Source of the DNA: an uncultured Candidatus Rokubacteria bacterium | GTDB lineage: Bacteria > Methylomirabilota > Methylomirabilia > Rokubacteriales > CSP1-6 | NCBI GenBank assembly: GCA_963754315.1 | Contig: CAVWFS010000008.1 | Coordinates: forward strand, 160,001 to 224,000 | Length of the DNA stretch: 64,000 nucleotides | Direction of reading: 5' to 3' | Shown: piece after piece, positions 48,473-58,043 of the stretch | Layout: the number at the start of each line of letters is the position of its first letter | How positions within the stretch are numbered: the first letter of the stretch is position 1 | Position numbers and translations under genes: made by a program | The notes under the pieces: model-generated | The model's input: the letters and a program-made list of their open reading frames with translations, nothing else | Told to the model about the DNA's origin: nothing | Databases searched by the model: none

Positions 48473-50145
48473 CCATAGTCGCGGAGGGCGGATTCCGGGG
48501 TGACGTGCCCGGCGATGACATCGTCGCGTACGCGCGCGGGATCACGCTCGGCGGGCGGCCCGAAGCCTCCGGAGCCCGGCGCTCTGAGGCATAGCTGGCC
48601 GTCCGCCGGCACCGTGAAAGACCCCTTGCTGTTCAGCTCGCGCTCGATACCGTCGGGGCCGACTGCGACCACCCGCGCCGGAGCGCCCGCCCGCCCGCCG
48701 GCCAGGCCGAACGGAGGCGACTTCATGCGCTCACAGCACACGCTGACCTGGCTTGGACCACCGAGAATTCGCCACACCCGCTCCACGCCAGCGCCACCAC
48801 GATGGCGCCCTGGGCCGCCGCTGTCGGGAACGATCTCGTAGCGCTCGATCCGGACCGGAAAGCTCAATTCCAGGATTTCGATGGGGGTGTTCATGGTGTT
48901 CGAAATGCCCGCCGAGAGCCCGTTGATCCCATCCTTGGTCGGGCGTGCGCCAAAGCCCCCCTTGATGGTCTCGTAGCTCACGTAGCGGTCGCCCGTCCGG
49001 TAATCGACGCCGCCCAGGGTCACGATGGCGGAGGTCCCCTGAGAGCAGGCCATGACGCGCTCGGGGACGAGGGAGGCCAGGGCGCCGAAAATCATGTCGC
49101 ACACCCGATGCGAGATCTCGTGATTTGCGTACACGACGGGGGCGGGGGAGACAGCATGAACGACCGTACCCGGCTCGGCAGAGAGCTCGATTGGACGCCA
49201 GCAGCCAGAGTTCGGCGGCACCAGATCGGTGGGATCGGCGACCATTTTCACGGCGGCGTACACGCCGGAGGCGGTCACGGCGAGTGGCGCGTTCATCGGC
49301 CCCGGAACCTGTCGGTCGGTCCCTGCGAAGTCCACGATAAGGCGGTCAGCCTGCTTGGTCACGCGCAGCATGATGCGGAACGTGCGATCTTCCTTGTCCC
49401 CCTCCTCCACGATGCCGTCGCCATCGCAGAAATCCTCGAAGGTCGCGGTGCCCTCCGGCAACTCGGCGAGCATGCGGCGCATCAGGCGCTCGGAGTAGTC
49501 CATGACCTCCTGCATGATGGCGAGCAAGCGGCGGACGCCGTACTTTTTCGCCAATTCCCCGAGCCGCCGGACACCGCGCTGAGTTGCCGCCATCTGAGCG
49601 CGCAAGTCTCCACGGCGCTCCTCAGGTGTGCGAACGTTGGTGAAGATGATGCGCTCCACGTCAGAGTTCAGGACGCCGGCTGCGTACAATCGCACGGGCG
49701 GCAGCCGTAGACCCTCACCGAAGATCTCGGTGGTGGCGCCGTAGCTGCCCGGGATGGCGCTCCCGATATCCGGCCAGTGAGCGCGTACACAGGCAAACCC
49801 CAGCAGGGTATCCTCGTGGAAGGCGGGAGTGACGACGTTCACGTCGGGCAGATGGCTGCCCCCGAAGTAGGGATCGTTGTGGATGAAGACATCGCCGGGC
49901 TCGAAACGCGAGGCGGCCTGGATCACAGCCTTCACCGCCAGCGGCATGGAACCGAGGTGAATGGGCAGGTCCGGACCCTGGGCGACCATCTCCCCGCCGG
50001 CGTCGAACAACCCGCACGAATAGTCCCCGGCTACCTTGAGGAGCGGCGAATAGGCGGTCTTGGCCAGCACCACCTTCATCTCCTCGGCGGCGGCGTAGAG
50101 GGCGTTCTTGACCACCTCGAAGGTGGCGGGATCGGTCTCAACCAT
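48424..50145 (-). CDS. Hydantoinase B/oxoprolinase family protein
   Basis: DPATFEVV, DYSCGLFD, NDPYFGGSHLPD, AHWPDIG, NTPIE, DSGGPGRHRGG; start ATG 50145. Confidence 0.92.
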   Translation of the reverse strand: MVETDPATFEVVKNALYAAAEEMKVVLAKTAYSPLLKVAGDYSCGLFDAGGEMVAQGPDLPIHLGSMPLAVKAVIQAASRFEPGDVFIHNDPYFGGSHLPDVNVVTPAFHEDTLLGFACVRAHWPDIGSAIPGSYGATTEIFGEGLRLPPVRLYAAGVLNSDVERIIFTNVRTPEERRGDLRAQMAATQRGVRRLGELAKKYGVRRLLAIMQEVMDYSERLMRRMLAELPEGTATFEDFCDGDGIVEEGDKEDRTFRIMLRVTKQADRLIVDFAGTDRQVPGPMNAPLAVTASGVYAAVKMVADPTDLVPPNSGCWRPIELSAEPGTVVHAVSPAPVVYANHEISHRVCDMIFGALASLVPERVMACSQGTSAIVTLGGVDYRTGDRYVSYETIKGGFGARPTKDGINGLSAGISNTMNTPIEILELSFPVRIERYEIVPDSGGPGRHRGGAGVERVWRILGGPSQVSVCCERMKSPPFGLAGGRAGAPARVVAVGPDGIERELNSKGSFTVPADGQLCLRAPGSGGFGPPAERDPARVRDDVIAGHVTPESALRDYGHPSRPPLTCPACSGR

Positions 50146-52228
50146 GATCTGCGACCTCCAGAAGAATGACCCCACCGGGGTCGGCCCGCAACCGCCACCC
50201 GGGTGGCACGACAATCGTGGTGTCCACCGCCTCGACAATCAGCGGCCCGGCTCGCTCAAACCCGAGCGCCAAAGCCATCCGCGGAAGAACATCACAGCGA
50301 ACGAGGCCAGTCTCACTGAAGTATGCCATCCGGGATGTCGCCGCCGGCCCCGGGGAACTCGGCGAGCCCGATTCCTGCCCGAGGGCGAGACCATCGAGAC
50401 GGCCGACCGCGGCCACGCGCAAGTTGACGAGCTGCACAGGTTCGTGAGGGCTCGCGTGACCGTAGGTCATGCGGTGCTTCTCGTGGAAATCCTGAGCGAG
50501 CCCGGTGAGGGTTGCGGGCGTGATCGCTCCGGTCCCCACGGGCACCGTCAACTCGTACGCCTGGCGGCGATAGCGCAGGTCGGCAGCCCTCGTGACTTCC
50601 CAGCGCTCCGGCGGCACGCCGGCGCGGCGCAGCATCTCGCGGGCCGCGGCCTCCATCGCCTCGTAGGCAGAGCCGACGTCCGTGGGGCTGGCGGTGTCCA
50701 GGAGCGTGTAGAACGTGCGCGCGTAGTCACGCCTGAGGTCGCTTGCCACCAGGCCCAATGCTGAGAAGCCGCCTGGAATGGGTGGTATCACCACCTTCCG
50801 GATGTCCAGCTCCTGGGCGAGGTGTACTGCGTGCACCGGGCCTCCACCGCCAAAGGCCACCAAGCTGAACTCGCGCGGGTCGTAGCCTCGCTCGACCGAG
50901 ACGATGCGCAGAGCGGCTGCCATCCCCGCGTTGACGACGTTTGCCACGGCAGCGGCGGCTTCCATCGTATTCAGGCGGAGGGGATGGCCGATCCTCGCCT
51001 CGATGGCGGCGTGCGCACGGTCGAGCTGGACAGGGAGCTCACCGCCCAGCAGGGCTGTAGGATTGAGATAGCCGAGCACGAGGTCGGCGTCAGTGACGGT
51101 GGGATCCTCGCCCCCTCGGCCGTAGCAGGCTGGGCCGGGTTCGGCTCCCGCGCTCCGCGGGCCCACACGGAGGGCACCACCGGGATCGATCCAGGCAATG
51201 CTGCCGCCCCCGGCGCTGACCTCTGCCAGGTCGATCACGGGAACGCGGATGGGATGACCGGTGCCGTGTAGCCAGCGCCGAACGTGGGCGCTCCCTCCCA
51301 CCTCGTACTCGGATGTCGTCTTGATCTCCCCTCCCTCGATGAGGCTCACCTTGGCCGTCGTCCCGCCCATGTCGAACGAGATCAAATTTGACATTCCGAG
51401 CCGCCGCCCCAGGAGTGCTGCCGCGATGACACCGGCCGCCGGTCCGGATTCCACGGCCATGGCGGGCATTCGGAGACCCTCGCCGACCGTGAAGAGGCCG
51501 CCGCTGGACCCCATGACATAGGGTGAGGGCAGCCCCATGTCGGTCACGGCCGATTCGAGCCGGCCGAGGTATGAGGCGAGGACAGGAGCGACGTAAGCGC
51601 AGACCGCCGTGGTACTCGTACGTTCGAACTCCCGGATCTCGGGGAGGATTTCGGACGAGAGGAAGACAGGAGTATCGGGAAGGGCGGCCCGCAGTCGAGC
51701 GCCGATCGCCAGCTCGTGGGTGTCATTCAGGAATGCGAAGAGCAGGCAGACGGCGACGGCCTCGATGTCGTGCCGCTTGATGAAGTCGATCGCGTCATCC
51801 ACGTCCGCCAGGCGCAAGGGCTTCACGATGGAGCCCTGAGCGTCCACGCGCTCGGTCACTTCTAGACGGTGGTGCCGCGGGACGAGCACAGCGGGGGCAT
51901 CCTGGAAAAGGTCGTAGAGGGCGGCCCGGGCTGAGCGGCGCAGTTCGAGGACATCGCGGAGGCCGCGGGTAGTGACGAGAGCGGTGCGGGCCCCCGTGCC
52001 CTCCAGCAAGGCATTGGTCACCACCGTCGTGGCGTGACCGAGAAAGCTCACGGCAGCGGGAGCGAGCCCGTGCGATTGCATGGCCGCCCCGAGAGCGTCG
52101 AGCACACCACGCGTGAAGTCACGCGGGGTGGTGGAGACCTTGGTAACGGTGAGGTGGCCGCCGCGCTCGTCGGCAAGGACCACGTCGGTGAAGGTGCCGC
52201 CGATGTCGACACCGACGCGCCAGCTCAC
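50138..52228 (-). CDS. Hydantoinase A/oxoprolinase family protein
   Basis: VDIGGTFTD, HATT, REFER, ESGPAAG, DMGGTT, AGGGS, GPRSAGA. Confidence 0.93.
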   Translation of the reverse strand: MSWRVGVDIGGTFTDVVLADERGGHLTVTKVSTTPRDFTRGVLDALGAAMQSHGLAPAAVSFLGHATTVVTNALLEGTGARTALVTTRGLRDVLELRRSARAALYDLFQDAPAVLVPRHHRLEVTERVDAQGSIVKPLRLADVDDAIDFIKRHDIEAVAVCLLFAFLNDTHELAIGARLRAALPDTPVFLSSEILPEIREFERTSTTAVCAYVAPVLASYLGRLESAVTDMGLPSPYVMGSSGGLFTVGEGLRMPAMAVESGPAAGVIAAALLGRRLGMSNLISFDMGGTTAKVSLIEGGEIKTTSEYEVGGSAHVRRWLHGTGHPIRVPVIDLAEVSAGGGSIAWIDPGGALRVGPRSAGAEPGPACYGRGGEDPTVTDADLVLGYLNPTALLGGELPVQLDRAHAAIEARIGHPLRLNTMEAAAAVANVVNAGMAAALRIVSVERGYDPREFSLVAFGGGGPVHAVHLAQELDIRKVVIPPIPGGFSALGLVASDLRRDYARTFYTLLDTASPTDVGSAYEAMEAAAREMLRRAGVPPERWEVTRAADLRYRRQAYELTVPVGTGAITPATLTGLAQDFHEKHRMTYGHASPHEPVQLVNLRVAAVGRLDGLALGQESGSPSSPGPAATSRMAYFSETGLVRCDVLPRMALALGFERAGPLIVEAVDTTIVVPPGWRLRADPGGVILLEVADHG

Positions 52229-52238
52229 CGCGCCGACG

Positions 52239-52487
52239 TCAGCGGAAGACGCCGACCGCCTTGAGGATCGCGATGAGGATCACCGCGCCGACGACGGAGA
52301 CGATGAGGCTGACGATGGCGCCATAGGTCGCGAGCCCGAGCACACCCGCCAGCCAGTGTCCGATCACCGCTCCCACGATCCCCACGATGATGTTGGCGAC
52401 GATACCCATCTGGGCATTCGTCTTCATGATGAGGCTCGCGAGCCAGCCCACCACGCCACCCACGATGATCGAGACAATGATATTCAT
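52239..52487 (-). CDS. GlsB/YeaQ/YmgE family (transglycosylase-associated) membrane protein
   Basis: 82 aa, GWLASLIM...NIIVGIVGAVIG...VVGAVILI. Confidence 0.9.
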   Translation of the reverse strand: MNIIVSIIVGGVVGWLASLIMKTNAQMGIVANIIVGIVGAVIGHWLAGVLGLATYGAIVSLIVSVVGAVILIAILKAVGVFR

Positions 52488-52585
52488 GGCCCGACCCTAG
52501 CACGAATGGCCACGCAAGCGGCCCCGTTTTTCTGTCCAATCAAGTCATAGGGGGGTCCCGTCGTGAGGCTGATGGACTGGGGCGG

Positions 52586-52622
52586 TGGGGGGCTTGGGGG
52601 GCCCTTTCGAAGGCCCCCCAAG
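52586..52622. repeat. REP-like hairpin downstream of the OmpA gene (possible terminator)
   Basis: 11-bp perfect stem CTTGGGGGGCC/GGCCCCCCAAG (52593-52622), preceded by TGGGGGG as in the 87-bp unit. Confidence 0.65.
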
Positions 52623-52639
52623 AAGATCGATCGAAAGAC

Positions 52640-53359
52640 CTAATCAGCCAGAGCGATGACCTTGACCGTCACCCGGCGCTTCTGATCGGCCGGCAAGTTG
52701 CGGTCGGGCAGGGGCCCGAGCCCGATGGCGTTGATGCGGGTCTGCTCGATTCCTTGCTGCACGAGGAATCGACGCACCGCGTCGACCCGGCGCTGGCTGA
52801 GGGAAACGTTGTAATCGACGGGGCCTACCGAATCGGTGTAACCCTCCAGCTCGACCGTGAGCCGCGGGTTTTCCTTCATCTCCTTCACGAGACCGAGCAG
52901 TGAAGTCTGAGCGCCGTCGTTCAGGTCTGCCTTGCCGAAGCCGAACCGAACCTCGGCTGTCTCCACCAGACTACGGGCATTGCGATTGTTCCAGAGCTTG
53001 GTAAGCCGGCCGTCCACCTCGTCGGCTCGCGCCATCGCTCCGTCGGCCCGGGTCATCGCGCTGTTGGCACGCTCCTGGGCACCCTTCGCCATGCCGCTGG
53101 CTTCGCCGACTGACGTCTCGAGCGTCCCCACCCGAGAACCCACCGCCTGCACCCGCTGACCTTCTTCCGTCACCCGGGTTTCAACGGTGCCAAGCCGTTG
53201 GGCGCCTTCGGTCACCTGCCCCTCGACCTTGTCGATGCGCTGATCGACCTCGGCTCGTTGCTTAGCGCTGGTTTCCTTCACGAAGTCCTTCGTGGCGCAG
53301 CCTGCCCCGACCAGGAGCACCGCGGGGACGACAAGTACGATTCGGAAAGAATGACGCAT
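52640..53359 (-). CDS. OmpA-family lipoprotein with N-terminal coiled coil
   Basis: Lipobox GAGC, heptad-rich stalk, EGYTDSVG..YNVSLSQRR peptidoglycan-binding motif; AGGAGG RBS. Confidence 0.9.
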   Translation of the reverse strand: MRHSFRIVLVVPAVLLVGAGCATKDFVKETSAKQRAEVDQRIDKVEGQVTEGAQRLGTVETRVTEEGQRVQAVGSRVGTLETSVGEASGMAKGAQERANSAMTRADGAMARADEVDGRLTKLWNNRNARSLVETAEVRFGFGKADLNDGAQTSLLGLVKEMKENPRLTVELEGYTDSVGPVDYNVSLSQRRVDAVRRFLVQQGIEQTRINAIGLGPLPDRNLPADQKRRVTVKVIALAD

Positions 53360-53638
53360 ACCCTGCCTCCTTTTATGGCACACACAAAACCGAATTTGAT
53401 GCAGCAAGAGGCGCGCCTAGATTCTAGCCGATGGAGTTTTGGTCACCAAGAATTCGTTAAGTAGCTGTATTTGTGGGATAAGTGCAATGAGGATCGCGTC
53501 GGTTCGGGTCACGGACCATGGCAAGACCGTGTACTTCCTCGTAACATACGGCGTCCATGTGTCGTCAGAGCCCGCTTCGTGAATCGGACGATCCGGAAGC
53601 GGCTCGAGCCCTTTTCCCAGTTGTCGCCTCACCGCCCC

Positions 53639-53650
53639 TTGACTATAGTC
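53639..53650 (+). promoter_or_regulatory. Candidate -35 hexamer overlapped by a palindromic operator
   Basis: TTGACT (53639-53644) overlaps the perfect palindrome GACTATAGTC (53641-53650), about 110 bp upstream of the sugar-ABC operon; no convincing -10. Confidence 0.3.
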
Positions 53651-53757
53651 TCCACACTGGAACTGTCGCTCGCGCGCTGTCCTGGCCGTCGCTTGTCCAT
53701 TGATGGATGTCCGCAGCGGTTCCTGGCTCGATTGTTCATAGCGAAAGGGGGCAGACG

Positions 53758-55167
53758 ATGAGACGTCGATGGCACAACGATTCGCGGCTTCGACGATTGG
53801 TGACCGAGCGAGGCCAGGGGGGCTTGAGCCGCCGCGCGTTTCTGTCCTTGGTGGCCAGTGCCACCACCGCGACGTCCCTCGGTCTGCTGACCAGTCCTGC
53901 TCGTGCGCAGAAGAAGGTCGTGGTCACCATGTGGGACACCGAGCCCAATCCCGCCACACGGGCAGCCGTGAAAGCGATCGTCGACGACTTCCAAAAGCTG
54001 CACAAGGACGTCGAGGTTCGGGCCGAAGGCATGGGCTGGGGGGACATGGACCGCAAGCTGCAGGCCGCCATGGCCGCCAAGAGCCCTCCCACGGCCTCCC
54101 ACACGCAGACGTATGTCGTCACCTCCTTCAGGGCCAAGGGGCTCATCGAGCCCGTCGACGACGTGGTGAAGGCGATCGGCGAAGACAAAATTTTCCCGTC
54201 CGTGCTCCAGTGGATCAAATATCCCGACGGCAAGTACTGGGGGATCACCCACGCCTGGGGGACAGACATGCTCGGTGGCCGCGGTGACTACCTGGCCGGG
54301 ACCGGCGTGAATCCGCAGGGCTGGAAGACCTGGGACGACTGGCTGCGTGATCTGCCCAAGCTCAACAAGGCGCCGCAGCACTACGCTCTGTCCCTCTCGG
54401 GCATCCCGTTCTTCATGAACGAGGACGTGTACATGTGGACGGGATCGAACGGAGGGAGCCTCTTCGATGACAAGGGCAATCCAACCTTGGACAGTCCCCA
54501 GGTGCTGGGGATGCTCGAGTTCTGGAAGAAGCTCAAGCCCTCCATGCCCCCCGGATGGGCCTCGCACGACTATCTGGAGACACTCTCGGCCTGGGCTACG
54601 GGCAAGACAGCTCAGGTGCTCATGTGGGGTCGCACCGCCGGCTACATCGATCAGTACGCGCCACCGGAGAAGCGGAATCCAGACGTCTTCCAGATCTGGC
54701 CGAAAACGGTCGGGCCGATGGGCAAAGCGCCCCTCACTCAGTTCGACAACGAGCCCTGGGTGATTTACGCGGACGCTCCAGCCGACGAGAAGGCGGCCTG
54801 CCGTGAGTTCCTCAAGTTCTTCTTCAAGCCCGACAACTATCGGAAGTACTGCAACTCGGTGCCGGTCCACCTGAACTCGATCTTCAAGGCCGACTTCCAG
54901 GACAGCGGCTACATGGACTTCCCGGAGCGGAAGCGCTGGAAGCCCTGGCTCGACGCGCAGGTGAAATGGGTGGAGTCGGGGCGGGCCCATCCGCTCCTCG
55001 TGTGCAACCCGCAGGATCGCCTCATCCCCTGGATCGGCGACGTGGCCGCCGCCCCCATCCTCGCCGACATGGCCAGTTCGGTGGTGGAGCGTGGCAAGGA
55101 TCCGCGGGCAGCCGCCAAGGAAGCCAACGAGAAGATCCAGCGCGACATCATCGCCAAGAACAAGTAG
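53758..55167 (+). CDS. Carbohydrate-type ABC substrate-binding protein with Tat signal
   Basis: LSRRAFL twin-arginine motif, ARA cleavage site, GKYWGI, KTWDDW. Confidence 0.88.
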   Translation: MRRRWHNDSRLRRLVTERGQGGLSRRAFLSLVASATTATSLGLLTSPARAQKKVVVTMWDTEPNPATRAAVKAIVDDFQKLHKDVEVRAEGMGWGDMDRKLQAAMAAKSPPTASHTQTYVVTSFRAKGLIEPVDDVVKAIGEDKIFPSVLQWIKYPDGKYWGITHAWGTDMLGGRGDYLAGTGVNPQGWKTWDDWLRDLPKLNKAPQHYALSLSGIPFFMNEDVYMWTGSNGGSLFDDKGNPTLDSPQVLGMLEFWKKLKPSMPPGWASHDYLETLSAWATGKTAQVLMWGRTAGYIDQYAPPEKRNPDVFQIWPKTVGPMGKAPLTQFDNEPWVIYADAPADEKAACREFLKFFFKPDNYRKYCNSVPVHLNSIFKADFQDSGYMDFPERKRWKPWLDAQVKWVESGRAHPLLVCNPQDRLIPWIGDVAAAPILADMASSVVERGKDPRAAAKEANEKIQRDIIAKNK

Positions 55168-55228
55168 GACGAGAGGCTGTGTCGAACGCCTGGGGCCCGA
55201 GAGTGTCCGGGCGTTCGCACCTTCTCCC

Positions 55229-56161
55229 ATGAGCGTTCGCGCCGACGCGCTGATTGTTGCTCCCGTCCGCTCCTGGCGCCGCCGACGGCAGGCCTGGATC
55301 GGTATCGGCCTGCTCCTGCCTTCGGCGGCGCTCGTTCTCGCCTTCACGCTATTCCCCGTCGCGTATAACGTGTGGCTGGGTTTCCACGCCAAGCATTCCC
55401 TGCGCGCCACCAGCGCCTGGGTGGGCCTCGGTAACTACGCTCAGATTCTGGGTGATCCGGACTTTTGGCGGAGCACCTATCTGGCCACCGTCTATGCGGT
55501 GGCCAGCACCGCGCTGCAGATCGTGGCCGGCGTGGCGGGCGCGCTGATCTTGCATCAGCGGTTCCCGGGGTGCGACTTCCTGCGCGGAGTGGCCCTCTTC
55601 CCCTACATGATCCCGACCGTGATCGCGGTCTTCGTGTGGCGCTGGCTCATGAATGACCTGTACGGCGTCATTCCGTACGCGCTGAGCGCGCTGCACATTC
55701 CGGGGATGCCGGAGGCGTGGCTCACCCACGGGACGATCATGCTGGTGCTGATCGTCCTCTCGGTATGGACGTTCTTTCCCTTTGTGCTCGTGAACGTGCT
55801 GGCCCGGCTCCAGACCATCCCCCCGGAGCTGTACGACGCGGCCCGGGTGGACGGGGCCTCGGCCATTCGACAGTTCGTCCACGTCACCTTGCCCCAGCTG
55901 CGGAACGTTCTCCTGATCGTCCTGCTCCTGCGCGGCATCTGGATGTTCACCAAGTTCGACGTGCCCTGGCTCCTCGGCTTCGGAGGGGGCGCCGGCGAGG
56001 CCATCCGGACCTTGCCCGTTTTCACCTACCAGCGCTCGTTCACGTACTACCAGGCGGGAATGGGGGCTGCCCTGTCGAACGTCATGTTCGCTCTCCTGCT
56101 GATGGTGGTGACCATCTACTTCGTGGCCTTCCCGTCCGAGGAGGACGACAACAGTGCCTGA
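55229..56161 (+). CDS. Carbohydrate ABC permease (MalF-like)
   Basis: VGLGNY, PYMIP, ELYDAARVDGAS, HVTLP; ATG 55229. Confidence 0.9.
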   Translation: MSVRADALIVAPVRSWRRRRQAWIGIGLLLPSAALVLAFTLFPVAYNVWLGFHAKHSLRATSAWVGLGNYAQILGDPDFWRSTYLATVYAVASTALQIVAGVAGALILHQRFPGCDFLRGVALFPYMIPTVIAVFVWRWLMNDLYGVIPYALSALHIPGMPEAWLTHGTIMLVLIVLSVWTFFPFVLVNVLARLQTIPPELYDAARVDGASAIRQFVHVTLPQLRNVLLIVLLLRGIWMFTKFDVPWLLGFGGGAGEAIRTLPVFTYQRSFTYYQAGMGAALSNVMFALLLMVVTIYFVAFPSEEDDNSA

Positions 56162-57005
56162 ACGGGGAGGACGGCGGCGCGGGCGTCCCCTCTCCCAGGC
56201 CGCCGCCTGGGGTCTGCGCATCGGGCTCTTTGTCTTCTGCGCGTTTCCCCTCTACTGGATGCTGATCTCCTCGCTGAAAGCGAGCCACGAGCTGCTCGCC
56301 TCGCCGCCCACCCTCCTTCCCCGGGAGTGGGAGCTGCGCGCGTACCGGAAGCTTTTCTACGACACGAACTTCTGGACGTACTTCCAGAACACCATCGTCG
56401 TCTCGGCGCTGACCACCATCATTGTCATCGTGGCTGGCGTGATCGGCGCCTACAGTCTGACCCGCTACGCCTTCCCGGGGCGCACGTTCGTCGCCCGGGT
56501 CACCCTGCTCGCGTACATGTTTCCGCCGATCATCATGCTGGTACCGCTCTTTCTGCTCGCCCGGGAGTTCGGCCTCACCAACTCCCTGCTCGGCTTGGCC
56601 CTGACCTACATCTCGTTTGCCTTGCCCTACGCGCTCTGGATCATGCGCGCCTTCTTCCAGGCGATCCCCGTCGAGCTGGAACAGGCCGCTCTCATCGATG
56701 GCGCCAACCGGGCGCAGGCCCTCGCCTATGTGGTGATGCCCTTGGCGCTCCCCGGAATCATCGCCACGGCGATCTTCACCTTCATCGTGTCCTGGAACGA
56801 TTTCCTGTTCGCGCTGGTGCTGATCGGCAAGGATGAGCTGAAGACGCTGGCCATCGGGATCAACGAGTTCTTCCACATGGCGGTGGTGGACTGGGGACTC
56901 ATCATGGCGGCGGGGGTCATGGTGACGATCCCCGCGCTGCTCTTCTTCGTGGCCATCCAACGCTACCTCATCGCCGGGTGGGGGGCCGGTGGTCTCAAGG
57001 GATGA
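56154..57005 (+). CDS. Carbohydrate ABC permease (MalG-like)
   Basis: FPLYWM, ELEQAALIDGA, SWNDF, QRYLIAG. Confidence 0.9.
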   Translation: MPERGGRRRGRPLSQAAAWGLRIGLFVFCAFPLYWMLISSLKASHELLASPPTLLPREWELRAYRKLFYDTNFWTYFQNTIVVSALTTIIVIVAGVIGAYSLTRYAFPGRTFVARVTLLAYMFPPIIMLVPLFLLAREFGLTNSLLGLALTYISFALPYALWIMRAFFQAIPVELEQAALIDGANRAQALAYVVMPLALPGIIATAIFTFIVSWNDFLFALVLIGKDELKTLAIGINEFFHMAVVDWGLIMAAGVMVTIPALLFFVAIQRYLIAGWGAGGLKG

Positions 57006-57036
57006 CCGGCTGCTATGATCCGACCCAGCTGGGGAG

Positions 57037-58011
57037 ATGGCCATGCTGGTGAACTGCGTTGTCTACCAAGAAGGCCGGAAGCTGGCCGACATCACCAAGG
57101 AAGCCATCAGCGAGTACGTGCGGCGGCCCGACTGCTTCGTCTGGGTGGCCCTGCATGACGCCAATGACGCCGAGCTGGCCGAGATGCAGGAGGAGTTCGC
57201 GTTGCACGAGCTGGCCGTCGAGGACGCTCGCCACGGTCACGAACGCCCCAAGATCGAGGAATACGGCTCCTCAGTCTTCGCCGTCCTGCACACGGTGGAG
57301 ATGGCGGGAGGGGATCTTCGGCTGGGCGAGGTTGACATCTTCGTGGGCGCCAACTACGTGCTGTCGGTCCGGAACCGTTCCGAGCAGGGCTTCGTCGGCG
57401 TCCGCACGCGCTGTGAGAACGAGCCGCACCTGCTCCAACACGGCTCCGGCTATGTGTTCTATGCGTTGATGGACACGGTCGTCGACCGGTATTTTCCGGT
57501 GCTCGATTCCCTCGAGACCGAGCTGGAGCGCGTCGAGGAGCAGATCTTCGCGGTGGGCGATTCGGCCCGCGCCAACATCGAGGCCCTCTACGCGCTCAAG
57601 CAGAAGCTGATGACCCTCAAGCACGCGGCGGGTCCGCTCCTGGAAGCGGTGGGCAAGCTGCACGGTGGCCGCGTTCCCCAGGTGTGCCAGGGGACGCAGG
57701 AGTACTTCCGTGACGTCTATGACCATCTGATCCGCATCAACCACTCCATCGACTCCATCCGCGACATGGTGACCACCGCCCTCTCCGTGAACCTGTCGCT
57801 CATCACCCTGCAGGAGAACGAGACGACGAAGCGCCTGGCCGCCTACGCGGCCCTGGTTGCGGTGCCCACCATGATCGCCGGGATCTACGGGATGAATTTC
57901 GACCACATGCCGGAACTGAACTGGTATCTCGGCTATCCCGTGGTCGTGGGCACCATGGTCGCGATTGACGCCTATTTGTTCTATCGATTTCGCAAGACCG
58001 GCTGGCTCTGA
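57037..58011 (+). CDS. corA: Magnesium/cobalt transporter CorA
   Basis: HELAVED, RPKIEEY, YFRDVYDH, YGMNFDHMPEL, two C-terminal TM helices. Confidence 0.95.
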   Translation: MAMLVNCVVYQEGRKLADITKEAISEYVRRPDCFVWVALHDANDAELAEMQEEFALHELAVEDARHGHERPKIEEYGSSVFAVLHTVEMAGGDLRLGEVDIFVGANYVLSVRNRSEQGFVGVRTRCENEPHLLQHGSGYVFYALMDTVVDRYFPVLDSLETELERVEEQIFAVGDSARANIEALYALKQKLMTLKHAAGPLLEAVGKLHGGRVPQVCQGTQEYFRDVYDHLIRINHSIDSIRDMVTTALSVNLSLITLQENETTKRLAAYAALVAVPTMIAGIYGMNFDHMPELNWYLGYPVVVGTMVAIDAYLFYRFRKTGWL

Positions 58012-58043
58012 GCCGCCTCCTTGCCGGGAGCCCCTCGCCCGCG

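Noticed and set aside
53770..53785. Sigma-54 promoter TGGCACAACGATTCGC
   Set aside because: GG-to-GC spacing is off by one and the site lies inside the CDS.
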